From an uncultured Candidatus Saccharibacteria bacterium (lineage in GTDB: Bacteria > Patescibacteriota > Minisyncoccia > Phycocordibacterales > UBA2100): a stretch of DNA of 64,000 nucleotides. This document shows, in pieces, positions 1 to 10,642 of this stretch; the stretch's first letter is position 1; the number at the start of each line of letters is the position of its first letter. The stretch is taken from the NCBI GenBank assembly GCA_964399865.1, contig CAYNRJ010000001.1, positions 138,050 through 202,049 of the forward strand, in the 5' to 3' direction. Under the pieces are notes generated by a model. The model had not been told where the DNA came from. It ran no database searches and saw only the letters and a list, made by a program, of their open reading frames with translations. The position numbers and the translations under genes were made by a program.

Positions 1-1748
1 CGTCCGTTGTCGCCATTTCAAAAGCAGGGGAGCGCCTCGTGGGTCTTCTCGCACGTCGCCAAGCCGTTACAAATCCAAAAAATACGATCTACCAGATCAA
101 GCGCTTCATCGGCCACTCATTTGATGAATCTGCTGTCCAGAAGGATCGCGAGTCGGTCCCGTATGAAATGCGTAAGGCGGATAACGGCAGTATCGAGGTT
201 AAAATGGGCGACAAATGGCACCGACCAGAGGAAATCTCTGCAATGATCCTTCAGAAATTGAAGGCTGATGCAGAGGCAAAGCTCGGAGAGCCTATAACAG
301 AGGCGGTTATTACTGTCCCTGCATATTTCAACGACTCTCAACGACAGGCGACAAAGGATGCAGGCAAGATCGCTGGTCTTGATGTGAAGCGCATCATCAA
401 TGAACCAACTGCCGCAGCGCTCGCGTACGGATTCAATAAAAAGAAAAACGAGAAGATAGTCGTATTCGACTTCGGTGGAGGAACCTTCGATATTTCCGTA
501 CTTGAAGTAGGAGATGACGTGATCGAGGTTCGCTCTACGGACGGAGATGCTCACCTTGGAGGAAAAGATCTCGACCAAAAAATAATGAACTGGATCGCTG
601 ACGAATTCAAAAAGGAGTCCGGCATTGATGTGAAGAATGATCCGCTTGCGCGTCAGCGCCTCGATGAGGCTGCAGAAAAGGCAAAGATCGAACTTTCAAG
701 CGCAATGGAAAGTGAGATCAACATCCCATTCATTACTTCCGATGCGTCGGGTCCTCGTCACCTGCTTCTCAAACTCTCACGTGCAAAACTTGAGGATCTT
801 GCGAGCGAATACATCGAGCGCGCAATGATGATAACGAAGCGCGCGATGGACGCGTCTCCATTTAAAATTGGAGACTTGAATGAGGTTATTTTGGTGGGTG
901 GTCAGACTCGCATGCCAGCACTCCAACAGCATGTAGAGAAATTCTTCGGAAAGAAACCGAACATGAGCGTGAACCCAGACGAAGTCGTGGCAATTGGCGC
1001 TGCAATACAGGGCGGCATCATGCAGGGTGAAGTGAAAGACGTGCTCCTTCTTGATGTTATTCCACTTTCTCTTGGAATTGAGACACTCGGCGGTGTGGCG
1101 ACCAAAGTCATCGATCGCAATACGACAATCCCAACATCCCGTTCACAAACATTTTCCACGGCGTCCGATAATCAACCTTCAGTTGAGATCCACGTGGTCC
1201 AGGGAGAGCGCCCGATGGCGGCAGACAATAAATCCCTCGGCCGATTCAATCTCGATGGTGTACCTCCTGCTCCTCGCGGTATTCCGCAGGTGGAGGTCAC
1301 ATTCGATATCGACGCAAACGGTATTTTGAGCGTAAAAGCAAAAGAAAAGACGTCCGGTAAGGAGCAGTCCATTCGCATAGAAGCGCGCTCCGGTCTTTCG
1401 GACGCTGACGTAGAAAGAATGCGCAAAGAAGCAGAAGCACATGCCGGTGAAGATCAAAAGAAGAAGGAGCTTGTAGAGGCTCAGAACGCAGCAGATCAGC
1501 TTACCTATGCGGCAGAGAAGGCTCTCAAGGAACACGGCGATAAGGTAGGGGACGATATCAAGAAAAACGTTCAAGAAAAGATCGACGCACTCAAATCAGC
1601 ACGAGGCGGAACTGACACAGCTGGAATTAAAACTGCCTCGGACGCACTAAATACTGCGATGAGCACGATCGGCGAAGCGATGTCTAAGGGTCAGCAAACA
1701 CCACCACAAGAGCCTCCAAAAGAGGGTGGCGAGTCCGAAACTAAATGA
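1..1748 (+). CDS. dnaK: Molecular chaperone DnaK (Hsp70), 5'-truncated by the window edge.
   Basis: The translation aligns from about residue 50 of DnaK ([37 protein letters not shown]-terminal lid). The frame is open to position 3, so the Met at 39 is internal. Confidence 0.95.
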   Translation, partial: SVVAISKAGERLVGLLARRQAVTNPKNTIYQIKRFIGHSFDESAVQKDRESVPYEMRKADNGSIEVKMGDKWHRPEEISAMILQKLKADAEAKLGEPITEAVITVPAYFNDSQRQATKDAGKIAGLDVKRIINEPTAAALAYGFNKKKNEKIVVFDFGGGTFDISVLEVGDDVIEVRSTDGDAHLGGKDLDQKIMNWIADEFKKESGIDVKNDPLARQRLDEAAEKAKIELSSAMESEINIPFITSDASGPRHLLLKLSRAKLEDLASEYIERAMMITKRAMDASPFKIGDLNEVILVGGQTRMPALQQHVEKFFGKKPNMSVNPDEVVAIGAAIQGGIMQGEVKDVLLLDVIPLSLGIETLGGVATKVIDRNTTIPTSRSQTFSTASDNQPSVEIHVVQGERPMAADNKSLGRFNLDGVPPAPRGIPQVEVTFDIDANGILSVKAKEKTSGKEQSIRIEARSGLSDADVERMRKEAEAHAGEDQKKKELVEAQNAADQLTYAAEKALKEHGDKVGDDIKKNVQEKIDALKSARGGTDTAGIKTASDALNTAMSTIGEAMSKGQQTPPQEPPKEGGESETK

Positions 1749-1957
1749 AATTAGGAACCTACGAGCACTACAAAGGTAAGAAGTATAGGGTGATTGGAGT
1801 TGCAAGACACAGCGAGACACTCGAGGAGTATGTCTATTACGAGTGCCTGCATGAAAATGACACATCTCAATTTTGGGTCAGACCTCTAGCGATGTTCAAC
1901 GAACACGTTGTTGTGGATGGAAAACGAATACCCCGATTCAAATATATCGGGGATTGA
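1745..1957 (+). CDS. DUF1653-family small protein.
   Basis: 70 aa with a [13 protein letters not shown]...WVRPLAMF signature resembling DUF1653. The start overlaps the dnaK stop as ATGA. Confidence 0.55.
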   Translation: MKLGTYEHYKGKKYRVIGVARHSETLEEYVYYECLHENDTSQFWVRPLAMFNEHVVVDGKRIPRFKYIGD

Positions 1958-1978
1958 GAGGTCGCAAGAAGGGCTATA

Positions 1979-3790
1979 ATGATTGATTATATGCCCGAGC
2001 AAGCACCAAAAAAGGGAGCCGCGAGACATGTCCTCCTCGATTATTGGAGGCATTCTCTCCGATACCCGTGGTTCGTCATATCACTCTTTGTGGTGGGGGC
2101 CCTTATACAGGTCGCGGTCATTGTTTCGCCGCTTTTTCTTAAAGATTTTATCGACATAATTTCTGTTGCATCTCCAACAGATGCAACTCCTGGAATTGTT
2201 ACTGCGCTCTGGCTATTTGCGCTATTCACATTCCTCGCATGGGGACTGAGGCGATTACAGTTCCTTCTCATCGCAAAGCTAGAGTCACGCGTCATGTCGG
2301 ACTTAAGTACGTCCTCCTTCAACTACATAATCAACCACTCGTATCATTTCTTCGTCTCAAATTTCGTAGGCTCGCTTGTGCGTCGTGTCACGCGGTACGC
2401 AAAATCGTACGAAGTCATCGCCGACGCAATTCTATTCCAACTTTTTCCTGGCGTGCTTCTTGCAGGCGGCATTATTTTTATTTTGTACCTTCGTCACCCA
2501 CTGCTTGGCCTCGGACTTGCTGTGTGGCTCGTACTCTTCCTTTCGCTCCAGATATTTCTCATCAATAGGATTCATTCCTACCGTGTAAAGGCGGCCGAGG
2601 ACGATAGTGCCGTGACAGGCGTTCTCTCCGACGCACTCTCTAATCAATCTACAGCTGCACTCTTTTCGGGAATACGTCATGAGCGAAGGCGTTTTGCTGA
2701 ATCTGTTGGTCAACTTCAAAAATCAAGGTATCGAGCCTGGCGCTCGGATGACAATGTATGGGCTATTCAAGGATTTCTTATCGCTACGGTGAACATTGGT
2801 CTTCTTTTTGGCGCACTTGTGCTCTGGCGCCGAGGACTCCTTAGCGTGGGAGATTTCGTGTTGATACAAACCTACCTTTTGACTCTATTCGAGCGTCTGG
2901 TGCAAGCAGGGCGCGAAATAAAGCATGTATTTAGTGCTATCGCTGAAGCTACAGAGATGTCGGAAATACTTCGCATACCTCATGAGATCCGCGACAATCC
3001 TGACGCAGTACCCCTCGTCATTCAGAAAGGAGAGATCGTGTTCGATAACGTCGATTTCAAGTATTTCGACGGGCACCCGGTCTTATCCAAATTCTCTCTC
3101 ATTGTTAAGGGAGGTGAAAAAGTAGCGTTTGTGGGGCCATCTGGCGCAGGAAAAACCACCGTGACCAAATTACTCCTCCGCCTATATGAAATTACCGGCG
3201 GGGAAATTCGTATCGACGGGCAAAATATCAATACTGTGACGCTCGAAAGTCTACGTAAACACATCGGTTTTGTTCCTCAAGATCCAGTACTTTTCCATCG
3301 AAACCTTTTAGAAAACATTCGCTACGGACGACAGGACGCGACAGAAGAAGAGGTGATGGAGGCTGCCAAACGTGCCCATTGTCATGAATTTATTCTTAGG
3401 ATGCCCCATGGCTATCAAACTCTGGTGGGAGAGCGCGGCATCAAACTCTCTGGTGGAGAAAGGCAGCGCATTGCGATCGCTCGTGCGATCCTCAAGAATG
3501 CGCCTATCCTTGTGTTAGATGAAGCAACATCAGCACTCGATTCAGAGTCAGAGTCGCTTATTCAGGACGCATTTGAAACTCTCATGGAAGGAAAGACCGT
3601 TATCGCGATCGCACACCGTCTCTCGACCGTTATAAAGATGGATCGCATAGTTGTTATCGAAGAAGGGAAGGTAACTGCAGAAGGATCTCATGAAGATTTA
3701 CTCGCTCAAGAAGGCCGCTATCAGACACTCTGGAACATCCAGGCGGGCGGCTTTACTGATGAAAATGCAAAGGAAGGAGAGGATATTTAG
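1979..3790 (+). CDS. ABC transporter, fused permease/ATP-binding protein (MsbA-like exporter).
   Basis: Six-TM N-terminal half, then Walker A (GPSGAGKTT), ABC signature (LSGGERQR) and Walker B ([12 protein letters not shown]). 603 aa. Confidence 0.85.
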   Translation: MIDYMPEQAPKKGAARHVLLDYWRHSLRYPWFVISLFVVGALIQVAVIVSPLFLKDFIDIISVASPTDATPGIVTALWLFALFTFLAWGLRRLQFLLIAKLESRVMSDLSTSSFNYIINHSYHFFVSNFVGSLVRRVTRYAKSYEVIADAILFQLFPGVLLAGGIIFILYLRHPLLGLGLAVWLVLFLSLQIFLINRIHSYRVKAAEDDSAVTGVLSDALSNQSTAALFSGIRHERRRFAESVGQLQKSRYRAWRSDDNVWAIQGFLIATVNIGLLFGALVLWRRGLLSVGDFVLIQTYLLTLFERLVQAGREIKHVFSAIAEATEMSEILRIPHEIRDNPDAVPLVIQKGEIVFDNVDFKYFDGHPVLSKFSLIVKGGEKVAFVGPSGAGKTTVTKLLLRLYEITGGEIRIDGQNINTVTLESLRKHIGFVPQDPVLFHRNLLENIRYGRQDATEEEVMEAAKRAHCHEFILRMPHGYQTLVGERGIKLSGGERQRIAIARAILKNAPILVLDEATSALDSESESLIQDAFETLMEGKTVIAIAHRLSTVIKMDRIVVIEEGKVTAEGSHEDLLAQEGRYQTLWNIQAGGFTDENAKEGEDI

Positions 3791-3831
3791 TCGTCGCTTT
3801 GCATTTCCTTGCGTCCAGATATAATGGAAAT

Positions 3832-4911
3832 ATGAAAGACTACTATCAGATTTTGGGAGTCACCAAGAGCGCAAGCGAGGACGATATAAAGCGTGCATTC
3901 AGAAAGCTCGCGCAAAAATATCATCCAGACAAAAAAGGAGGCGACGAAGCAAAATTCAAAGAAGCGAGTGAGGCATACGCCGTTCTCTCCGATAAAAAGA
4001 AGCGCGCTGAATACGATACGTACGGAAAAACATTCGCGGGAGGTGGCCCGACAGGCGGAGGTGCAGGAGGATTCGACTTTTCGAATTTCAATTTCGGTCA
4101 GGGTTTCGAGGGCGCAAATTTCAACGGACAAGAATTTGATCTTGGGGATATTTTCGGAGAATTCTTCGGTGGTGGGCGCGCGAGCGCACGCCGCGGACGT
4201 GATATTTCCATTGATCTTGAGCTACCATTCAAAGAAGCTGTATTTGGAACTGAGCGTCGCATCCTGATTGCGAAAACCTCGACGTGTGTCTCATGTGAAG
4301 GCACGGGCGCAGCAAAGGGATCGAAAACCGTTACGTGCTCCTCGTGTAATGGAAAGGGTGAGATGAGAGAAGCTCGCAATACTTTCTTTGGAACATTCTC
4401 GTCCGCAAGACCATGTCAGAAATGTCGCGGCCGAGGCGAAGTGCCTGAAGCGCCTTGTCCAACATGCCGTGGCGAGGGTGTAGCAAAACGCGAAGAAGAA
4501 ATACGAGTGACTGTTCCCGCGGGCGTATCCGATGGAGAGATGATCCGTATGCCACGAATGGGGGAAGCTGTTCCCGGGGGATCTGCGGGCGATTTGTACG
4601 TTAAATTGCACGTACGACCTGACAAACAATTCACGCGCGAGGGGAATAACCTTGTGACTTCTCTTTCAATCAAACTCACTGACGCGCTCCTAGGAAGGGA
4701 ATACCAAATCCGCACTTTAGAAGGGGAGGAGCCTCTTACCGTACCTGCAGGAGTAAATAACGGGGAAATACTTCGCGTGCGCGGACGAGGAGTGCCTTAC
4801 GGCCGCGGATCGCGCGGAGATTTGATGGTTCGCATTGATGTAGTGTTCCCAAAGAAACTCTCAAGAGCTGCACATGAATTGATTGAGAAGCTGCGAGGCG
4901 AGGGACTCTAG
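3832..4911 (+). CDS. dnaJ: Molecular chaperone DnaJ.
   Basis: J domain (DYYQILGV...HPD), Gly/Phe-rich region, four CxxCxGxG zinc-finger repeats and a C-terminal substrate domain. The start is set at MKDYYQ rather than the 11-codon upstream extension. Confidence 0.9.
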   Translation: MKDYYQILGVTKSASEDDIKRAFRKLAQKYHPDKKGGDEAKFKEASEAYAVLSDKKKRAEYDTYGKTFAGGGPTGGGAGGFDFSNFNFGQGFEGANFNGQEFDLGDIFGEFFGGGRASARRGRDISIDLELPFKEAVFGTERRILIAKTSTCVSCEGTGAAKGSKTVTCSSCNGKGEMREARNTFFGTFSSARPCQKCRGRGEVPEAPCPTCRGEGVAKREEEIRVTVPAGVSDGEMIRMPRMGEAVPGGSAGDLYVKLHVRPDKQFTREGNNLVTSLSIKLTDALLGREYQIRTLEGEEPLTVPAGVNNGEILRVRGRGVPYGRGSRGDLMVRIDVVFPKKLSRAAHELIEKLRGEGL

Positions 4912-4956
4912 GTAAAGAGTTGTTAACGTTTTGAAAAATACATCCACTTCAAGCAC

Positions 4957-5472
4957 GTGTTGCGTGATATCATTTTTTTAATGGATTTCGGTTCAATAGG
5001 AGGAGTCGCGACCAATATTCCGGTAGATTGGTTCATCATCGGCGTATTCACGCTCCTTTTTGCGTTTGATACTTGGAAAAGCGGCTCTGGACGAGCCTGC
5101 GCGATCGCTCTGGCGCTTCCTATCGCAATGATCCTTACGGAAATGCTATCAGAGACTTTCCTACTTGGAACTTTCGTAGGGGAGCTCACGACACCAATAC
5201 TCGGCGCCATTATCTTTTTCATATTTTTCGCAGCACTGTATCTTCTCATGCGCCGTATCGATTCTTCGTACGGAGGGGAATCTGGCCGACCCTTACAGGC
5301 AATTCTGATTGGCTTTGCATGCGCTGCAATTTTTGTTGTTATCTGGCTCGAAGTGCCTGCTCTCTCCGCAGTTTGGAAATTCAATGACGCGACGACTGCA
5401 ATCTTTGGCGAAGCATATCGATTCTGGTGGCTCCTCGGCTCCTACGCCACTTTGGCATTTGTAAGACGATAG
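4957..5472 (+). CDS. Hypothetical integral membrane protein (about 4 TM, CvpA-like topology).
   Basis: Hydrophobic 171-aa ORF with predicted TM helices. A start at M9 (4981) is possible. No confident family assignment. Confidence 0.4.
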   Translation: MLRDIIFLMDFGSIGGVATNIPVDWFIIGVFTLLFAFDTWKSGSGRACAIALALPIAMILTEMLSETFLLGTFVGELTTPILGAIIFFIFFAALYLLMRRIDSSYGGESGRPLQAILIGFACAAIFVVIWLEVPALSAVWKFNDATTAIFGEAYRFWWLLGSYATLAFVRR

Positions 5473-5608
5473 GGAGACGAACCTACCCGTTTATTTACAC
5501 AGGGAGGGGTTGTTTTTAACTCCTCGGGGAGTACAGTCAGAGCATGGAATCTGCGGCCTCCCATAATAGGCCAGAGGAATGGATAATGCGCTATAACAAG
5601 CGCATTGA

Positions 5609-6628
5609 TTGTATTCTGCTTCAGAAATGGGGAGCATAATTACTCGGACCGTAATACCGACACGACAGATGATTCCAGTATTCCCCGTTTTCAAAAAAAT
5701 AGAAATAAGCGACCGGGAGGCTATAGAATCGTTCTCGCTGCGATATCCGCCATATTCTGATTTCAATTTCACAAACTTATGGGCATGGGATACGGAAGGG
5801 GTGCGCAAGATTTCCGAATTGAATGGCAACCTGGTCGTCCTTTTCACGGATTATCAGACAGGCGAACCTTTCCTTTCATTCCTGGGTACGAATGAGGTTC
5901 AGAATACTGCTCGATCGCTTTTACAGTTTGCCAAAGAATCGAATATGCCTTTGGCACTTCGACTCATAACTGAAGAATCAGCAACTCTACTTGATCATTC
6001 AGATCTACTTATAGAGCCGGATGAGAATAATCATGATTATGTATTCTCTGTTTCTTTATTAGCTGATCCAAAAGGAGGAGAGCTCAAAGAAAAGCGCAGT
6101 CTCGCGAACAGATTTGTGCGCGAAAATCCAGATGCACATTTTGAATTGAGACCGCTAAGAGATAGTGGGGTAGGGGAGCAGATTCTTAAGGCTCTCCATC
6201 GATGGGAACAGAAAAAGAAACAGGACAACAAGCCGTACGACATCGTGAACGAGGAAAAAGCTCTCATGCGCGTACTTGAGAGTGTTCAAAATGGAGAACT
6301 TGCAAACGACCGACTTTTTTTATCTGGTGTTTTCTCAGGCGGCAATATGCTTGGTTTTTGTATCGACGAGATAGTCCCGGACAAATACGCGATATCACAT
6401 TTTATTAAGGCAGATAATTCTTATAAGGGTATCTACGAATTCCTAAATGAGAAAGTTGCACAATATCTATCTGCCCACGATGTTGATTTTTGGAATTGGC
6501 AACAGGATCTGAACATTGAAGGACTGCGGACCGTAAAGCAGAGCTACCACCCAGTAAAGTTACTGAAGAAATGTACCATCTCCTACGGCTCGAGTGATAC
6601 TCTAAAAGAAATATCCAACAATATATGA
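5609..6628 (+). CDS. DUF2156-like protein, a putative aminoacyl-tRNA-dependent transferase domain as in the MprF C-terminal region.
   Basis: The motif YPPYSDFNFTNLWAWD...LVVLF resembles the N-terminal signature of the LPG_synthase_C/DUF2156 family. The true start may be M21 (5669). The stop overlaps the next gene as ATGA. Confidence 0.4.
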   Translation: MYSASEMGSIITRTVIPTRQMIPVFPVFKKIEISDREAIESFSLRYPPYSDFNFTNLWAWDTEGVRKISELNGNLVVLFTDYQTGEPFLSFLGTNEVQNTARSLLQFAKESNMPLALRLITEESATLLDHSDLLIEPDENNHDYVFSVSLLADPKGGELKEKRSLANRFVRENPDAHFELRPLRDSGVGEQILKALHRWEQKKKQDNKPYDIVNEEKALMRVLESVQNGELANDRLFLSGVFSGGNMLGFCIDEIVPDKYAISHFIKADNSYKGIYEFLNEKVAQYLSAHDVDFWNWQQDLNIEGLRTVKQSYHPVKLLKKCTISYGSSDTLKEISNNI

Positions 6629-7542
6629 GCTGGTTCTTTCTTACACTGATTGCGCCTTTTCTATATGCTCTTACAAATCATATAGACAAACACTTACTCG
6701 AAAAATACTTCAAGACAGGGGGAGTAGGTACCCTGATGTTGTTCTCGTCCCTTCTCTCAGCACTGGCGTTGCCATTTTTACTATGGGCAGACCCGACAGC
6801 ATTAAGCATGAGCACAACGAGCATCCTTACTCTCTCGATCGTTGGACTTCTTAATATCCTCGTACTTTGGTTTTATCTACTTGCATTGAGGGACGAAGAG
6901 GCTTCCGTTGCGATTGTTTTCTATCAACTTGTGCCCGTTTTTGGCTTGGTGCTCGGCTATTTCATCCTCAATGAGACCTTAACGCAAATACAACTCATTG
7001 CTATGGCAATCATTATTTTTGGCACAACTATCATCTCATTCGAAATAGACGTCGAGAACAACTTCAAACTACGCAGACAGACCGTCGCCCTAATGCTCGC
7101 GGCGTCTTTCTTTTGGGCTCTCGGCTCGGTCATATTTAAGGCCGTCGCTCTTGAGGAAAATGTATGGAGGTCTCTCTTTTGGGAGCATCTCATGCTTACA
7201 CTTGTGGGGATCTGTCTTTTCACATTTATGCGCTCCTACCGTATTCACTTTTTGGCGGCCATACGCAATAACTCACGAGCGATCATGTCACTTAACTTCG
7301 CTAACGAGGGTCTATACATGCTCGGGAATCTCATTTTCGCATTTTCGTATTTACTTGCCCCAATCTCACTTATATTGCTCGTAGATTCATTCCAACCCAT
7401 CTTCGTCCTATTAATCGGCATCGCTCTTACACTTTTCTTCCCTCGAATATCTGTTGAGAAGATTCATGCGAGACACTTATCACAGAAAGTCCTCGCTATC
7501 TGTATCACTGGCATAGGCACCTACCTACTCCTAGCTTTTTAA
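6625..7542 (+). CDS. DMT-superfamily (EamA-like) permease, about 10 TM.
   Basis: 305 aa with two roughly repeated 5-TM halves, typical of EamA/DMT transporters. Translationally coupled to the upstream gene. Confidence 0.6.
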   Translation: MSWFFLTLIAPFLYALTNHIDKHLLEKYFKTGGVGTLMLFSSLLSALALPFLLWADPTALSMSTTSILTLSIVGLLNILVLWFYLLALRDEEASVAIVFYQLVPVFGLVLGYFILNETLTQIQLIAMAIIIFGTTIISFEIDVENNFKLRRQTVALMLAASFFWALGSVIFKAVALEENVWRSLFWEHLMLTLVGICLFTFMRSYRIHFLAAIRNNSRAIMSLNFANEGLYMLGNLIFAFSYLLAPISLILLVDSFQPIFVLLIGIALTLFFPRISVEKIHARHLSQKVLAICITGIGTYLLLAF

Positions 7543-7599
7543 GGAGCGGAAACACATATCGACTGCATTTGTCTTGCTATACTTTATAAACCATTCAAC

Positions 7600-8028
7600 A
7601 TGAGCTTTCACGATTCTATATTTCACTACACACTTATCGCTCTCATCATTTTTTTGATTGGCGCTTCTTATTATCGATTTTTTGTTATTTCAGACTACAT
7701 AGTCGCATATGAGGGCACGTGCGACCCACGGGTGCATGACTGCTTTATTGGCTGCGCAGACGATGCTTGTACAGAAGAGTATTATTATTCCAAAGTTCAA
7801 AAACATGCCGCAGAGTTATATGCCGAATGTGGCGCTGACATTACGGATTGCGAAAAAGCAAACCTCTGCCTTCCTGAAGACGAGGGTCAATGTGTGATTC
7901 AGTATTGCGATCCTGTTACGGACGGCGAATCATGCGAGATACTTACGGCAATACCGGGGATGGAACGGCCTTCTAATCTCGAAGATGCCGGGTCAGACAC
8001 CGACCGCAACAATATTCCAATACTATGA
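7600..8028 (+). CDS. Cys-rich small protein with an N-terminal TM anchor.
   Basis: 142 aa with one N-terminal TM helix, then an acidic domain carrying 10 Cys (CDPRVHDCFIGCADDAC...CEKANLC...CVIQYCDP...C). The stop overlaps the histidine kinase start as ATGA. Confidence 0.45.
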   Translation: MSFHDSIFHYTLIALIIFLIGASYYRFFVISDYIVAYEGTCDPRVHDCFIGCADDACTEEYYYSKVQKHAAELYAECGADITDCEKANLCLPEDEGQCVIQYCDPVTDGESCEILTAIPGMERPSNLEDAGSDTDRNNIPIL

Positions 8029-9671
8029 TCTGCAATCTATTCCCGCCAACAACATTCTTCTTATTTTCTTCTGATATACCAGAGCTTCTCTACTATTCTC
8101 ACATACCAGCCACTGTTGTTGCACTGCTCGTTGGATTTTTTGTCTTCCTGAATGGTCCAAAGGTCTTACTAAATCGACTTCTACTCGTAATTTCTATTTG
8201 TTTCTCTCTGTGGGCATTCTCGAACATGGTTCTGTGGACTAATATCCATAGCGATACGCTACTTTTGTTTTGGACATTCTATACGGTACTTTTCAGTTTT
8301 ATATCCGTTTTTTCTGTGTATTTCATCTACGTATTCTTATATAAAAAAGATATCTCCTTCAAGCTGAAGATGGTCCTCCTCGCGCTCCTTGCTCCGGCAC
8401 TCATCTTTGGGGCGACCAGTCTAAATATAAGTGGATTCGATATTACAAATTGTGACGCGTTTCAATTCGAAGGACTGTTTTATAAGATGTATTACATTGG
8501 CCTTAGCGTTATAGCGATGGTGTGGATTTTGATTCTGCTTGCACGTAAATACAGGATTTCCGCACCTGATTTCCGTAAACAAATTGTCCTCATGGGGATG
8601 GGAATTGAGCTCTTCCTCTTTTCATTCTTTACACTCTTGTTCCTCGCGACATATTTGACGGCAGTTGGTCTATTTGATGATTCCAGACTCGAGTTATACG
8701 GCCTTTTTGGGATGATGATATTCATGGTGTTTATCGGGATTCTCATTGTGAGATTCCGGACGTTCAATGTTGCCCTCATCGGAGCACAAGCCCTCGTAAT
8801 TGCACTTGTAGTTCTTATCGGATCGATGTTTACATTCACCGACTCCGTAATAAATACTGCTTTAATTGCCGTAACGTTAGTTCTTACCGGTGCTGTTGGG
8901 CTAGTCCTTATACGTGCAGTGAAAAAGGAAATAGAGCAACGCAAATTTATTGAGAAGCAGGAGAAAGAGCTCGAACAAGTGAACCGCGAACAAGAGACAC
9001 TGCTACACTTCATCAGCCATGAGGTGAAGGGTTATCTAACCGAAAGTCAGGCAGGATTTGCCTCGATCGTTGAAGGAGATTTCGGAGCAGTGCCCGCACA
9101 GGTAAAGACAATGGCTGAAGATGCTCTTGCGAATGTCCGTAAAGGCGTTTCTACTGTCATGGATATTCTTAGCGCATCGGATCTCAAGAAGGGAAGTGTA
9201 AATTATAAAAAAGAGCCGTTTGATTTTAAAGCGTCCGTACTTCAAGTTATCTCAGATTTGAAACCCTCCGCGGATGAAAAGGGGGTCTCTCTCGATGCTG
9301 TAATAGGGGACGGAGAATTTAAGACCGTAGGGGATGAACACAAGTTAAAGCAACACGCCATCCGGAATCTTATCGACAACGCAATAAAATACACACCAAA
9401 GGGAGCGATCCGTGTCGAGTTGATTCGTTCCGGTGAAAAACTGCGCTTCACCGTTGAGGACAACGGCGTTGGTATCACACCCGAGGATATGAAAAACCTT
9501 TTCACTGAAGGTGGTCATGGTAAAGACTCGCTCAAAGTAAACGTGCACTCCACAGGATACGGTCTCTACATTGCAAAGCGAGTAGTCGAAGCTCATGGAG
9601 GCAAAATCTCAGCTGAATCAAAGGGCGGCGGCAAGGGAGCACAGTTTATCGTGGAACTCCCCGTAGCTTAG
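8025..9671 (+). CDS. Multi-TM sensor histidine kinase with no cognate response regulator in the window.
   Basis: About 290 aa with 7-8 predicted TM helices, a coiled-coil linker, an H-box (HFISHEVKGYL) and HATPase_c N/G boxes (DNGVGI, GYGLYIAKRVVEAHGG). Confidence 0.8.
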   Translation: MICNLFPPTTFFLFSSDIPELLYYSHIPATVVALLVGFFVFLNGPKVLLNRLLLVISICFSLWAFSNMVLWTNIHSDTLLLFWTFYTVLFSFISVFSVYFIYVFLYKKDISFKLKMVLLALLAPALIFGATSLNISGFDITNCDAFQFEGLFYKMYYIGLSVIAMVWILILLARKYRISAPDFRKQIVLMGMGIELFLFSFFTLLFLATYLTAVGLFDDSRLELYGLFGMMIFMVFIGILIVRFRTFNVALIGAQALVIALVVLIGSMFTFTDSVINTALIAVTLVLTGAVGLVLIRAVKKEIEQRKFIEKQEKELEQVNREQETLLHFISHEVKGYLTESQAGFASIVEGDFGAVPAQVKTMAEDALANVRKGVSTVMDILSASDLKKGSVNYKKEPFDFKASVLQVISDLKPSADEKGVSLDAVIGDGEFKTVGDEHKLKQHAIRNLIDNAIKYTPKGAIRVELIRSGEKLRFTVEDNGVGITPEDMKNLFTEGGHGKDSLKVNVHSTGYGLYIAKRVVEAHGGKISAESKGGGKGAQFIVELPVA

Positions 9672-9703
9672 AAATTAGCCCATTTTCTGCTATATTTAGG
9701 CCC

Positions 9704-10639
9704 ATGCAGCGGTTATTTACTGGTTTACAGCCCTCCGGCAGCTTGCACATAGGGAACTATTTTGGAGTCCTTAAACCGCTCGCCGATATGTACCAAAAGT
9801 ACGACGGCTATCTCATGGTCGCCGACTACCACGCACTCACGACTCTAAAGAATCCTGAAGAACTTCGATCCAACATATTGAATATCGTTCGTGATTATCT
9901 CGCAGTCGGCATTGATCCAAAAAGGATAACCATTTTTCAACAGTCTCAGGTTCCTCAGCATACTGAGCTAGGTTGGATATTTAATACACTCGTTACAACA
10001 GCGTTCTTGGAGCTCGCTCATGCGTACAAGGACAAAGAGGCCCGGGGGATAGAAACAAATGTTGGTCTTTTTGATTATCCTGTCCTTATGGCAGCGGACA
10101 TTCTTCTCTATGACACAGATGTGGTCCCCGTGGGGCAAGATCAGAAACAACACGTTGAATACACACGCGAAATTGCAGCGAAATTCAATAATCAGTACGG
10201 TCAGACATTCAAAGAGCCGAAAGAACAGATCCTCCGCGATGTTGCAGTGGTCCCTGGCACTGACGGAAAGAAAATGAGCAAGAGTTACAAGAATACGATC
10301 CCGCTTTTTGGTTCCACAGAGGAAATCCAAAAAGCAGTTATGAGTATCGTCACTGATTCAGGGGGTGAGAGCCCTGAGCATGTATACAACATTCACCGTC
10401 TTCTAAAGAGCGAGGACGAGCTTGGCCCGATATATAAGGCGAACAAAGGTAAGTACAAGGCAAGCAAGGATGCGCTCATCGCCGATATCGAAGCTCTTAT
10501 TGCACCGATGCGTGAACGACGAGCCTCTATTTCCGACGAGGACGTAACGCGCGTGCTTAAAGAGGGGAGCGAGCGAGCCAAAGCCTACGCGGAGAAAAAA
10601 ATGACTGACGTTCGCTCGAAAGTCGGCGTTACACTTTAA
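9704..10639 (+). CDS. trpS: Tryptophanyl-tRNA synthetase.
   Basis: HIGH-type motif (SLHIGNY) and KMSKS motif. 311 aa, class Ic. Confidence 0.9.
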   Translation: MQRLFTGLQPSGSLHIGNYFGVLKPLADMYQKYDGYLMVADYHALTTLKNPEELRSNILNIVRDYLAVGIDPKRITIFQQSQVPQHTELGWIFNTLVTTAFLELAHAYKDKEARGIETNVGLFDYPVLMAADILLYDTDVVPVGQDQKQHVEYTREIAAKFNNQYGQTFKEPKEQILRDVAVVPGTDGKKMSKSYKNTIPLFGSTEEIQKAVMSIVTDSGGESPEHVYNIHRLLKSEDELGPIYKANKGKYKASKDALIADIEALIAPMRERRASISDEDVTRVLKEGSERAKAYAEKKMTDVRSKVGVTL

Positions 10640-10642
10640 AAT

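Noticed and set aside
7-1574. Multiple 60-150-aa ORFs on both strands inside dnaK (7-246, 117-578, 637-828, 902-1159, 1051-1329, 1172-1426, 1179-1574).
   Set aside because: They are embedded in, or antisense to, a very highly conserved gene and have no RBS or domain signal. They are typical shadow ORFs. The same reasoning applies to similar nested ORFs inside atpD, atpA, leuS, ahcY, guaA and others.
39-1748. Met at 39 as the dnaK start.
   Set aside because: The frame is open to the window edge and the translation aligns to DnaK from about residue 50, so the gene is 5'-truncated rather than starting here.
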